Of a stretch of DNA of 64,000 bases, positions 13,686-26,587 are shown piece by piece; the first letter of the stretch is position 1, and each line of letters opens with the position of its first letter. Origin of the DNA: Catajapyx aquilonaris (lineage: Eukaryota); assembly GCA_000934665.2 (NCBI GenBank), contig KZ537955.1, positions 124,001 to 188,000 of the forward strand. Direction: 5' to 3'. The notes under the pieces were generated by a model. It was not told the origin of the DNA and did not search any database. It saw only the letters and a program-made list of their open reading frames with translations. Both the position numbers and the translations under genes were made by a program.

Positions 13686-13717
13686 AGCACATGCATGGGA
13701 CTGGACCCTGCGCAACG
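13686..13717 (+). CDS. DUSP11: DUSP11-like 32-nt exon
   Basis: Acceptor ctctttcccgtttcag| and donor CG|gtgagt. Encodes STCMGLDPAQ(R). Phase 0 to phase 2 exactly bridges the flanking exons. Confidence 0.82.
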
Positions 13718-13809
13718 GTGAGTACACTCCTCTGGATTACTAATGGCTGCATGAGATCCGGAATGTGTCGTGTCGGGGGCATGCAGGGAGGGATGGGGGG
13801 GGGGGGGGG

Positions 13810-14062
13810 NNNNNNNNNNNNNNNNNNNNNNNNNNNNNNNNNNNNNNNNNNNNNNNNNNNNNNNNNNNNNNNNNNNNNNNNNNNNNNNNNNNNNNNNNNN
13901 NNNNNNNNNNNNNNNNNNNNNNNNNNNNNNNNNNNNNNNNNNNNNNNNNNNNNNNNNNNNNNNNNNNNNNNNNNNNNNNNNNNNNNNNNNNNNNNNNNNN
14001 NNNNNNNNNNNNNNNNNNNNNNNNNNNNNNNNNNNNNNNNNNNNNNNNNNNNNNNNNNNNNN
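13810..14062. other. Assembly gap flanked by poly-G and poly-C
   Basis: N run inside a DUSP11 intron. Confidence 0.99.
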
Positions 14063-14095
14063 CCCCCCCCCCCCCCCCTCTTCTTTCTCATTCAG

Positions 14096-14183
14096 ATTCA
14101 CCCCGATGACAGTGCTCGACACGATACCCAATCTGGGCATGGTGGTGGACTTGACCAACACTACCAAATATTACGACAAAGGG
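14096..14183 (+). CDS. DUSP11: DUSP11-like exon
   Basis: Acceptor ttctttctcattcag| and donor GGG|gtaagt. Encodes FTPMTVLDTIPNLGMVVDLTNTTKYYDKG, containing the LG..IDLTNT.RYY family motif. Confidence 0.92.
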
Positions 14184-17100
14184 GTAAGTCCTCTTGGTAT
14201 TCACTCCAGGTTTTCAGGTCGGACCATTCCGGGCACGTCCCCGGACATCAACTGTGCACATCGACTATGGTGGCCGTTTCATGCTTAGTCACTTATCGTC
14301 ACAGCAGCCAACTGGTCATCACTTCCTTTAAAAAAATTGATAAAATAAAATAATTGAATAAATTAAGACATAGGCTATCGACATAATTATAATAATCTAA
14401 ATCGCAATTTGACAAATTTGTATCGGTTTGTGGATATCGAATTGCTGGCTATTTGTAGATCACTAGGTCGATGTATATTTTTTATAATGATTTAAAAAAT
14501 CGAACTTTTCCCAACTATAGGGTGCCTGGCGCGAATCTTTTAAAAAAATGAGCGCGTCTCTTACTTCAAGTGTTGGGAATCACCTTGTGAAATGAGATAC
14601 TCGCCATGAAGGAGTCTTTGATGTATCTGGTGGCCTCTGTAACTTACACCCAGCCCAGTCGTCTTCTTTTTTGTTTTTCTCCAGCCCCAGATTCAATTTT
14701 TCCCCGTCACAGAGCGGCGCCCAGTTCGTGATGTCTTTATAAATATCAAGTTGGAATGGTCGTGCTTGGAATGCCTGTGTCGGCTCCGTGTTATAGAGTA
14801 ACGTGTGAGTGTGCCGATGCGGAATCTGAGACAGAAGAGTATAAGGGGGGATACATATAAAAAAAAGAGGGCTCCGGATTGATTCGGAGGTGTCACGGCG
14901 ATGGGTTTATTATGGAGATTGGTCTGAAGGACCGGTTGGGCCCTTGATGATGATTACGATGATGTGTGTGGTAGGTCGGCGGGTATGGAAGGTATTATGT
15001 AGCAAAGTAGTCTAATGAGGATTTACTGGAATTAATGTGGTTGTGGAGCAGCAGCGTCACTTCCTGCATAGTGTATATTTGCAGGCGCTGGTTTTGCAAA
15101 AAGGCCGTGGCCAAATGGGCGCCCGGGGAAGTCATAAATTAAGTGATCCGATAGCACGTCGCTGGAGATGTTTTATGCATGCTAATGCGGTCCGAGGGGG
15201 TGACAAAAACCGATGCCGGCCGGAGTAATGACTCAGGGGAGGCTGCTGGACCTGGGCCAGCAGCGGACTTAACGGGGGCGGCTTCATCTGCGGCTCCGAT
15301 GGGGGGAATTGCTAAGAGTATTTTAATGCCATGATTTATGCAGTGAACATTAAGAGCGGATAATTGAAGGGGGTTTCGGCCCCTGTAAGCCTGAGAGGCT
15401 GTTACGCCCAGGCTCAAACTGTGAGCTATATACGATGAGGCTTGTTGGAAAGAGAGTCTCATGATTCCCAGCTTCCGGTGTACTTCGCAAGACTGCTCTA
15501 TCACCGTGGTCTGGAGTACTTCAGATATTGCTACAGTGTTGACCAATCTATATAGTAAGGTGTTATTTGCGTCACGTCAACAAACTGAACACTCTTATTT
15601 GTTTGTTGTACATATACCCCAGGATTGCTTTTCCATTTCATTTTAATGGCCTAGTTGTTAATTTTTACCCCTTTCAGATGATCAGTTGTGATTAATTTGA
15701 CTGGATTTGGTGAATAACAATGTTGTTAATTTGTGTTGAAAAATTGGAGAAGTATAGGCTACTATATAAGCACAGCTCACGGGATGAAACCCCCCGTCCC
15801 CTTCCCCTACACATACTGCATGTATTCCTTTTCACGTGACAATTTGGGCCCATTTTTTCCAGGCGTTATAAAGAGGTCGAGTCCAGGTAGCTAATAGCCC
15901 ATGTTCATATTCACTAGAAATAAATATTTATGAATAGGCTGCTTCAAGCTAACCACTGCAGACATTTCGATTGTAAAACCAGGTTTTTATTTCCGTCCAA
16001 CTGAAAAGAAGGTGCCTGATATGTGACACACTTAGCAATATTTTGAATTATTACTACCTAGATCGCCTATACTATTTGATATAGCTAATTTAATTTGTGC
16101 TTTTTTTTCATGAAACGTTTTCAAATAGGCTAAGTCGATAGTTTAGGTCACTATTTTGCTGTCAATCCTTTCACTACACGTCCCTCCAGCTCTAGATCCA
16201 AATTTAATATCGAAGATCGACCTATAGTGCAAGCTGATATTGAAATGTATGTCGAACATAAATTGAAAAGTGTCGAGATCACTTGCGATGTACAGTCTTA
16301 AATCCCATTTCCTCAGAGAAGCTGACAAAGTTTCTAAAGTGGGAGAGAAACAATGCGACAACCAGTTCATATAAACACCGGTGGGAAGGTGAAGATGGGC
16401 CGAGATGAAGACTTACTTTCCCCGCGGGAGAGATTTAGGCAGCATCGTTGGTACCTACATACCCAGCTACAACACGGTGCACACACGTGTAGTCCTCATG
16501 ATGTGTGCGAGTATATGCCGTGCATTATGCCTGATGCTGGTCTCACAGTGGGGCGCCAGGACCTGCTGGAGGCGCCAATGTGGGACGTGTGCTCATGTGT
16601 GGCAATGGGTTTTGACGGGGGCCCGTGAACTACGTGCGAATGTGCGATTGTGGGACAGGGTGCGACAACTCTTCCGGATTGCCTCCCAGTCCAGTGGCGC
16701 CTGGCAAACGCCTAGGATTTTTCATTTTCCCTCGGCGTCGACACCCGCGGACTTGCTCGACCGCCTCCCCGTCGAGCACAACCACTTAAACAACGCCTAC
16801 CCTTATTCGCAAGGAAGCGGAAGTTGTGGTGAAAACCCGCTGGGGTCATCCATGGTAAAATACAAAAAAAGAAGGAACTTTAAAAAAAAAAGAGGGTATA
16901 TCCAGTGGAAAAATGGCAGTAGTTCGTCCTGTCACGCCTCGTTATCTGACCACTTAACAAAATGTATGGGCGACGTCTCTGTACTTCACACGAGTGCAAT
17001 TTGTTTAAAACGTCCCTCCCATGATCCTTACCTCCAGGGAGTCCTTTAAGACGCCACATTGGCCCCCCTGCGACGTTACCTCCACCCCACCCACCCACAC

Positions 17101-17481
17101 ACATGCACAGCACTTGGTTGTGTTGCTTCCATTATGCTCAATCAAGACTCCTTTTCACGTAGCATGATTATCCTATAATTTAAGTGTCGTATTTGGCCGG
17201 CGGCGTCAAGGCTCCGTGTGTACGCATGCTAATTTGTCATATCAGAAAACCGCTCCAACAGGCGTGTGATTATAATTTGTCCCCGTGGCATGTGGGGAAG
17301 TGCATAACCAAGACCCCCTCCTCACTCTTTGGGGTCCCTCCAGCTCGGGCCCATGATTTGTTGGCGTTGAAAGTGCTGATTTGTCCGTCAACCGCGATAG
17401 ATTAAACCCGAAAATGACCCCGGTGATGACTCTCCTCTTCTTCATTATTTTAACCACGTGGTTTTTTTCTGTTCGTTCCAG

Positions 17482-17561
17482 GAGTTCATGGAGCGTGGCC
17501 TCGTGTACCAAAAAATCTTATGTCAGGGACACGTGGTACCCAGCGCGGCTGTGGTGCGCAG
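17482..17561 (+). CDS. DUSP11: DUSP11-like exon
   Basis: Acceptor ttttttctgttcgttccag| and donor AG|gtgagt. Encodes EFMERGLVYQKILCQGHVVPSAAVVR(R), containing the Y.KI...GH.VP motif. Phase 0 to 2. The coding frame is absent from the ORF track. Confidence 0.9.
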
Positions 17562-18043
17562 GTGAGTACCCTCTTTGCTATTAAACATGCATTTGCAGAG
17601 GCCATAAATTGGCGAAACCATCACTTACGTAATGGATTTTGCGTGATTAATCGCACACGAGGAAGTCATTATGCGGTATAAAAATTATCCGCCGGATTAA
17701 AATGACAGGGGCGCTCCTTAAATGAATTCTCAGCATTTCGCTGGTGGCAGGCAGGCGCTCTAATTTGTGGAGATAAACGTATGCATCATTACCTAGGCAA
17801 ATTAAAAAACTGTCCTCAGCTTCAGCTTAAGAATTATTACGGGATCGCTTTCATTCCCTACAGTAATGATTAGCGACAAATTGCGTTTCATTTGCTCCTG
17901 TTTCGAAGCGGAACACATCATCTCCGGTCCGGTTATGATGATGCATACGATTACCTGTGCCGGATCTGCAATTACGGCCAAAATTTGCCTCCTCCTCTAT
18001 ACTTGAAATTACACCCAGTATATTGGGTAAAAAGGTTTAGCCC

Positions 18044-18254
18044 AATTGGACGGTGTTATGCAATAATGTGTCAGCCCACAAAAATGTCGGAACATAGGCC
18101 TACCCAAAGGATCGTACTTCATTCAGCTGAAATCAATCTGGCGAAATCTGCATACTTCTGCCAAAAATTTCACAGGTGCGACATTCAAAGCTTTTTTTTC
18201 CGCAAAAACTGGTCTCATATGGGTTGACGCATTATTGCACAACACCGTCCAATT
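18044..18254. mobile_element. TIR MITE family B, copy 1 (superfamily unassigned)
   Basis: About 30-bp TIR AATTGGACGGTGTTATGCAATAATGTGTCAGCCCA / TGGGTTGACGCATTATTGCACAACACCGTCCAATT. Internal AAGGATCGTACTTCATTCAG...TGGCGAAATCTGCATACTTCTGCCA is shared with 44983-45198. Confidence 0.8.
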
Positions 18255-21200
18255 TGTAGCGTCATTTTGAATAAAAATTGTCATCAGTTGACACTTAAAC
18301 TTAAAATAAATTTGTGGAATTTCAAATGTATAGGGCTTGAGCAGCAAACCATCCTAAATATTTGCAATGAAATGATATAATTAGGGCGATTAATGAACTT
18401 TTGGGGCCAGATGCAATGTTTTTGGTATGTGTAGTCGTCGTGTTGAATATTCTGGCCAGCACCGTTCGCCAGCAATGCATTACATTTGGCCTACATTTAT
18501 GGACTGAAATTATTGCTCTATCATACCTTTGGCTGGCATTCCGGCGCCCCAATCCTGCTCTCCGGCCTATTAATTAGTTTTGACACCTGAAGCGAGCGAA
18601 CCGAAGCAGGATGAGAGGGCATTTTAAAGAATTTATTTGGCCCGTTCACACCCAGCCCTTTGATTCCGAGGCGGTGGCTCCTTATTTAATTTTTTTTTTA
18701 CTTCATATCCGAGATGACGTGTAATTAGATCAGGGATGGGGAAAAAAAATGCTTTTAGGGTGAAGTATGTGGGAAGGTTGTGCTTCATTGGTGTCACCCC
18801 AGCCGTATAGCGTTACATACCTGTTACATACCCGGGATGGGAATAGAACGATTCCCGGATATTCCGGTTTTGAATCTCACAAGCAGCTGCTGGATTCCCT
18901 TCCTGAAAAAAATGACCTGTTAGGAGTCATTAGAGGAGGAGATTTATATTAGATTTATTCCTGGCGAGTTAAATCATAATACGGGGTATAAATTAAGGTT
19001 ATTTCCAGCCCCCCCATGGCACCCCACCTCCCCGGACCCTGTGATTATCATTTCTGGAGTGATTTGAGTGGTAGGAGCGTCATAAATGGAGGAGTTATGC
19101 GCGTCGAGAGGTTGATGCACCATTTAGCATGGCACGAGGCTATTCATTTAAGAGAGAGTATAGGGGGCCTCCTCGAAAGATGGTTTGGCTGACCCCATCA
19201 TGCGCACATTTTGCAGAAAAATGAGGTGAGCAAGTGAGCAACGCCTTTGGTGGCCACCTGCCGAGCCCGCTTCATTGACGTTGGCACGAACCTATAAATC
19301 AAAACACACGGGGCTTTATGTAAGCGTGGTTAGCGCGTGGTTCATTCGCATGGCGTCACCTGATGCTGCCGTGTCACCTCGAGGCGGCACCCATGTCACC
19401 CGCCCCGATGGCTTCTGCTGAATCACGTAATTTTTGTGATGCTGTGAGACTCATTTTTTTGTGTAGTGTGGTGGAACTGCTGGTCTATTGTCTTTTTTGG
19501 GGGGTTGGGTCAGTGCAGACCTTGACACCGTAGGGTGTCTAGAGAGGTATTATTTCCTGAACATTGGGAGTGGGGAAGGATGATAAATGGGGATCGTTTG
19601 TCACTATAAAGATGCAGAGAGGGGGAGGGGGGCGAGACATTTTTTTTAAAGGTTCGAATTTTAAATTTGGGCCCTTTTTGTGTTATACGTGAGCAATACT
19701 GTTCAGGTATAGGAGCTTAATATTTACTTCGAAGTTTAGCTCTGGCCGAGGCGATATGGAGAAATTGTGGCACTACAAGACGTAATGTTTCATAGGAATG
19801 TAACCGAAGCCAAAGGATGAACCTATAACCCTGTATCACATACCGTGCAGCGTTTTTTACTTCAAAATTTTTTTTGTGAAAAAAGTATGTCTCACCAATA
19901 GGTGCGGGAATTAATAGGACGTTCCGACCAAGCACCTCTGCGCCGGCCCTTCACTTAGTATGTGAGATAAACATTGAAGGGCCGCAGTTTAAAGGGTGAA
20001 GACCCGACAGAATCGTGTTGGGATTTTTGGGAAGACCCGTCCGATAACCGTGCTCATTCTGCGTAATAAGCACCACTCATGCACATGATGCTGTCAGAAC
20101 TTATTAGGGATTCTGATAGAAGCTCTTCTGGAAGTTTTTCTACCCCCTTTTGCCGAGATTGACAGCCTGTGTGTACTACATGTTTGGACCTCAACTATCC
20201 TTGTAGTTAAATGGTTATAAGCGCCGACTTAAACTAACATCTCCCCGGGCCTTTTTTGTGTACAGCGGTTGTATTATGCGCATTTTAAAGGTGCGTCCAG
20301 AAAGATACACGTGTACTAAAAGTGTTCAAGTGTTTAAAATGCTATACGGAATGCGGCACAAAAAAACGCAGCCGCTTTTTTTTCCTGTGAGATATTTTCA
20401 AAGGTGAACAATCTAAGTGAAATACTACGACAAGTATTGTCACAGGTCCCTGTCTACTTCTTATACATCCTACGGCCGGATTTCCTGACTGCACTTTATT
20501 TAGCACTGAATATGTACGTCTACGAAAAATTTACAGACTATTAAATTGTAGTAGGTTAAATACACTGTCTCACACGAATTCTCTCTTATTCTCTCTTATT
20601 CGACATCTCAAACAGGATTTGGGCGTTTTTGAATTTCTGTGCAGCATATATCTCTCAGGTTTTCATATTGTAAAAATGAAATATTTGAATTGGTAGTCGT
20701 TATTAAACGAAAACTCGTCATTTAAAAAAAAATGCTAATCCAACCACCACATTGAATTTGGACATGGAATGATCCAGTATGCCAACCAATGCGAATTTGT
20801 GCAGTCCTGCTGGTGTTGTAGCCTGTTCTGATAAAAAGTTGGCCATTTTGATACAAAACGAACATCTTTTTGTGTACCTTCCCATGGCATGGTCTTCGGG
20901 GGTGTGCCGTTGAGATTGTCACGCCGTCACTCCCTCCCGCCGATAGGAAAGATTTATAGAGGGAAAAATTCGGCGCAGGGTGCGTAGAAAACGAAAGGAG
21001 AAAAGAAGAGGAGGAGTGGGGGGGAGGAAAGATATTTCGGCGAAATGAAAAAAAAGGGGATCCCCCGCTGGCCATACCGAAATGAATTGTCATTTCGTGT
21101 GGCCCGAGCCCGAGCCGCGCACATCCTCCCGATGGAATTTCTTGTTTCACATTTTTGGGGCCATCAGCTTAGAGGGGAGTGAGTCTTATTGCCAAGTGGG

Positions 21201-24200
21201 CAAGATCTGCTTCTTGGCAAGCGGTCACCTCCATCAAAGCGTGTGCTTCGTGACATCCCTGTGTGGAACTTGTCAGGACTTGAAAGGGACCAAGTGGCGG
21301 AACGCCCCGGTTGCGCGGAATTTATTTGATTGTTGCACAATGTGGCTGCAGGCGGGTGAGCGAGAGCGGACTTGGTTCTTTTGTGGACGGAGGCCGTCGT
21401 GAGTCGCAACACGATGAGCATGTCGTGCCGCTGGGGCACTTGGAAGGGTCGAAGGTCAGGCTACGATGTGGGTTTTTGCCTCGCCTGCCCCATCCATTCA
21501 CGGCGGAAGCGTGCCAAATGTGGGAGGCAGATACTCTCGATTATCCTGGAGGAACTGCAACCCACATCGCAGGGGACTGCCTGGATTTCCCGAGAAAATA
21601 GCGTGGGCACGGGGAGAAGAAAAGCCAGAATAAATATTCCAGTGCATACGGTGATTACACAATATTATTGAGTGGACGTAGCTTTGAAATCCATAGTGTC
21701 AATAGCAGTAGATAAGCTTTGTGGGTATCAATCTCTCGGTGTAAAAGGTTTTCTCACGGAAATATGGGTGCATTATTTGTACTAATATTTTTCTTGGGTG
21801 TGTTATGTATTGATGATATCGGCACGTTTTGAAAGACCTCGTGGCTGCGATAGTCTTATATCAGACCAGCCTTTATTGTAAGGGTGGGAGTGGCCGATTA
21901 CATCAATCAGAGCGTGACATTGGCCCTTAATGAAGTTTTTCGACGCATTTTGACTCGTGAGGTCCGGTCTGACCTGGGTAGGTTTTTAATAATTGTGGCC
22001 GATGCATCAGGGTCGTTAGCGGCCGGCCGTGGTGTGAGTGTGGGTGTCCGAAGTGTCAGTGGGGGAAGGGCACACGGGGTCTAGCATACTCGCGTGTACG
22101 GCGGCTCCTAATCTCCACTGTCATCACGCAGGAGGTGTCAGGCATGTTTGGTGCCCAGGCGTTGCCTGATGGGATAATCAAACGTTAGCCGCCGTTCGCC
22201 CCGTGTAATTAAAGCCAGGCCGAAGGGGGCCCCTGCTTCAAACGAAATCAGGGATTGGATAGGGGTTAGGGAGGAGGACACGGAGGATAGCCAGATTTTT
22301 TTGCAGATTTATAGCGAAATTATATTATGGAAAATGATGTGTTCCAGGGGTGCTAGGAACTTTAGATCATTTTTCACTATAGAATTATTAGATAACGCCC
22401 GGTTGTTCGAGTTGCATATCGTTCACTGAAGGTGATGTATGATTAAGTAAGTGATAGTGCAACATGGGTTACACAAGTTCACTGGGGTAATGCCTGATTT
22501 TGGACACATCAATTTCATTAACTGGCAGCCATCACGTATACCATTGCTGCGCACACAAAAATTAATCTGGGACCTCCTGTGGCGATTTTCAATGGGGAAA
22601 TTCCCAAATTGAGAAATTAATATGCAGATTTTCTCAGCACTAAAGTCTAGGCAGGACAAAATGTCACATTTTTCATCTTAAATTATTAGGAACAACTGTG
22701 ATGGACACATTTGAGTGGTAATTCACTCTTTGTGCTGTATACACTTGAAATAGCACTTACTGCGTGTGAGTGAAAACTTTCTCCCAACCGACTCAGGCCT
22801 TGTTATATGAATGCAAATTAAGGGAAACTCTCTGATTATTTATTACGGGATACTACAGCAAATCAGATATGATACTATTATTTGTGTTGATGCAAATGAC
22901 CTCAAAACTCTTTTGATAATATAATTTGTCGATGAATTTGAGCAAAATAATGAATCAGATCGACGTAAAAGCAGATCTAAAAATTACTTAATTGTAGTTG
23001 TAATAGGATTAGGCTCTACTTCAATAGGATCAAGAGAAAATTGATTTATGGAGGAAGAGTATAGGTGTCTTTTGGCGGTTTTGCTGGGATTGAGTGGTTT
23101 ATTTCTGGTTGCAGATAAGTAGCTCACACCTTGGGAGCTGATATTGGCTACGAAGGTTGAGTTAGGGAGTGGTACTTCTGGGAACACTCGACTTTTTTGC
23201 CTGATTGCATGTCAAACTTGCGCAGGAGACAACCTTGTCTTTGGAGGACTACAACACGGACGTCATCTCAGACGATTTGTTTCGCAAGACATTTTCCTTT
23301 GCTCATCTGGGAATGTGTAGGGAGTGGAAAATGACCCACCGTGTTTCTTCGCGAATGTTAAGGAGTGTACCATATATCATCTGTATCTCATTGAGATTGT
23401 AGAGTTTTCCTTCAAATTATGATGAGGAAGAAAGGGAAATTACTGCGACTCGAGTATTTTATTGCTTGATTAACTTATCTTGCGGAGGAAAAGAATGCGT
23501 GTGATAATGCCTGTATCTCGAGATTTTCAACACAAATAAGCCTTTACCCGTTGTGTGATTCGCAATTCTTGATTTTGACCATTACGGTGACGAATATCAG
23601 AGACATGACATACTCAGTACGATGAAATTCTCCTATATACTGAGAAAGTACAACTGGAGATATTGTTTTTTACATGTCACGAGGGGAATTATCCAATTCT
23701 GGCTAGACATTTTGCTTACGCACATATTGACTGGTATGGAACCGATAACATTTAATCCGGGGTACTTAGCGATATTTACATTAATGAAACGCTGTTTTTT
23801 TCGACCTTGGCGTAGCCTTTGATGATGCGGTAAGCATCTCGTGGAATGTGTCCCTTTCCTTAACTATACGCAGGTCACCTTTTTTTTTTTTGCAGTGGTG
23901 TTTCACAAAAGTTGAATCACGTGATTCCAGGGGAAATAACCTGCAGAGATAGCTGAAATATGTGAGCATTGCGCAAGATAAAGCATTTAGGAGGTCCTTT
24001 GCCTGTTGAGGTTCTTATTTGATGCTGGAACGCTAACAATATATTGGGCATCTCGTACACCGATTGCAGCGAAGATAACTCACACCAAGAGAGTTGCTAG
24101 TTGACGGACGGTTATTAATAAATATTATTATACTGTATGCTTATAATTTGCAGCTCATTTTATGACGTATTATGGCGGCTGCTTCCTCCCACATGCCTTG

Positions 24201-26520
24201 CGACTGTTACAGTGCCAGTGTTGTACTATCCCGTAGATTGATTTGCGAATCGCTGCTTACACGCAGTTGTACTTGAAAGACCTCTATGATTTGTACAACT
24301 CGTACAAGGAAGGAACCCGTATTCAGATAAGCAATCAGGTGCTTTGAAAGGGATTACTTGTAATGAAAATCGAGTGGCGGTCGCTATTATGTAAGACATT
24401 TATTTTCGTGTGTGCCATATTCTGATGCTGAGCCGCAATTGCGATGTGATAGTAATTTATGCTGCTATGGAGTACCCACCTATATGATCCATCCTCATTT
24501 CTGAGCGGTGAAGGATGATTGCCATTTGAGCATGAGTTAAGTAATGCACAGTTACCTGAGCAACTCATGGATTATTTTGACAGGTACAAACAAGTTGCCT
24601 GTATTCGTGACCCGCCCTGCTATTACTCAAATATCGGCCCTTTTTTTGTGTATCTGTTCCCGAAATGCCACTATCGGACTTTGATGGATCGAGGAGTGGC
24701 TTCCGTGTAGTACGGAGCGAGTACCGGTGCATTACTCAATCGGCTATTGGTATGTGACTTTTACAGGGTGGTGCAGTGCCCCATTTCACATATTGGAAGT
24801 TTTTGTTACGTAACTGGCTGTATATGAATGGTCCCATTGCTATACCAACTGGTGCCTTTTCTTCAAACTAGTTTGGACTGTGTACTTGGGAAGTGTACCA
24901 TCATGTACCACACCGGGGTCAGAGCAGTGCTGAGGAGGGCAATCCGGATGCCACCGAAGCTCCATTGAGGCGCGGGTGGGCTCGTGGGAAAATAGCCTCT
25001 CATGACCTTTCATGGCAACTACTACTGCGTCTCTATACGAGTATGTGTCTGCTGCTGCCTTCCTTCTTTATTTTATTTAACTTTTATTCCACCTCCTCCT
25101 CACTGCTAGTGGTGGCCAACATCGAAGGGGACCCGTTTTCCCAGCCTATTACAGAAGATGCATGAGGGGTGGGGGACCCATGTCTCGCTCTTCATGAAGC
25201 TTTAAATTAAGACCCTCCGTGACCGTGAGATGAAGTCGGACATAATTTCTTAGGAATCACGATGAAGGCCCTTCTCTGATGGCAATGTTCGTCATCGCCA
25301 CTAGTCCGCGAGGTTCCAAGGCGCGGCGAACATGATATTTGCCGTCATCCCGCCGGCAGCAAAGACATTCCTATGTACACGTCGCCGACTCTTGTTTATT
25401 AAACGTGTCACCAGATAAGAAGGGGTCTCCGGCAAAAACCTCTCCCGGTTGTCATAGTCTCCAGTCCCCTCTGGCACAATCGCGTGTAACTGCATTTCAA
25501 CAAGTTTCAAGGCGGTGAGATTAGGGAGGGGAAAAAAAGTGAGCTGCTCTGTACTGGATGCGCTGTCGAAGGGAAGGAATAATGGATAGTTTTCTCCAGC
25601 AACCGTTCGAAGCGACACTGTTTTCTGCTGGAGTAAACAAGCTGTCATTTCCTCAATGACCCTGCACCACTTTCTATCGGAATTATGTTCTTGCGAATTT
25701 TGGCAAATTGACTGTATTATCGAACAATAAGGCGGAGGATACGCCAGCAACCAGTTTTACAATGCGAAACCGTATTTAAACCTTGACATGAGCGAACAAT
25801 CCGTTCTTGCCTTGCTCCCCATCTTGGGCTGTGCTGGACTGTGTAGTCGCTAAACAGCTAAAGGGAGTTTGATACATGACAATAAATGTTTTGGCAGGGC
25901 TGAGTTGAATTTGTCTCGAGAAATGCCTCATGGAAAAGAATGAGAGATGCCTTGGGAACAATGCACATGGGGGTGCATGCAGCAGCGATGGTGGGCAGAG
26001 CCGTCACCCTAGAAATCTCTCGTCCTTCTTCTTCTTCTTCTAGCTCTCTTCTCTTCCCATCAGTCCTCGTGGACGCCCAACCCGCTTCTGACTGCGGGTA
26101 TTATATATTACAGTCGGGAGAGTCAACACATGCCGGTCTCTTCCCCTTGCGCTGGGTGGCCTTCAGGCTTGGATGTGACTTTGCAGGGTTCCGCCCTTAC
26201 CAACACGCGTTTCTCTTAACTTAACGGGATTGTTGTTTTCGGTCCGCCCTGGGGATGAAGATGAAGAAGGGAAAGATTGCCTACTGCTGGGGTTATCTGC
26301 CCAGTTATATGTACATGTGGACCACCGCTCTGATCAAAGTATAGATGGCGGCAGCAGTGGATGCGCCAAACTGAGCTGCGCGGGATTCTTCTCCAGTTAG
26401 AAGTCTTCCTGGAGAGAATGGCTTTGAACCTTTTGAACCCTCAACGGGGTATAAATGGAGAAAAGGGTTAATCCTCTTAGTTTTTCATCTCTCAAATCCT
26501 CCTAGAGAGGGAGGGGGCAG

Positions 26521-26523
<3 letters not shown>

Positions 26524-26584
<61 letters not shown>
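26524..26584. repeat. (AG)n microsatellite
   Basis: About 30 uninterrupted AG units. Confidence 0.95.

Positions 26585-26587
<3 letters not shown>

Noticed and set aside
13646..14353. Long ORFs spanning the N gap (also 47009-47260 and 56698-57964)
   Set aside because: Their length is an artefact of N runs and flanking poly-G/C. Only the small DUSP11 exons within the first region are real.
15864..15887. Possible 24-nt poison exon (GCG TTA TAA) in a DUSP11 intron
   Set aside because: The donor gtagct is weak, and many such pseudo-exons are expected in kilobases of intron.
16405..17049. 214-aa intronic ORF (also 12589-13101 and 25301-25750 on the minus strand)
   Set aside because: No recognisable domains, random-like composition and no supporting splice structure.
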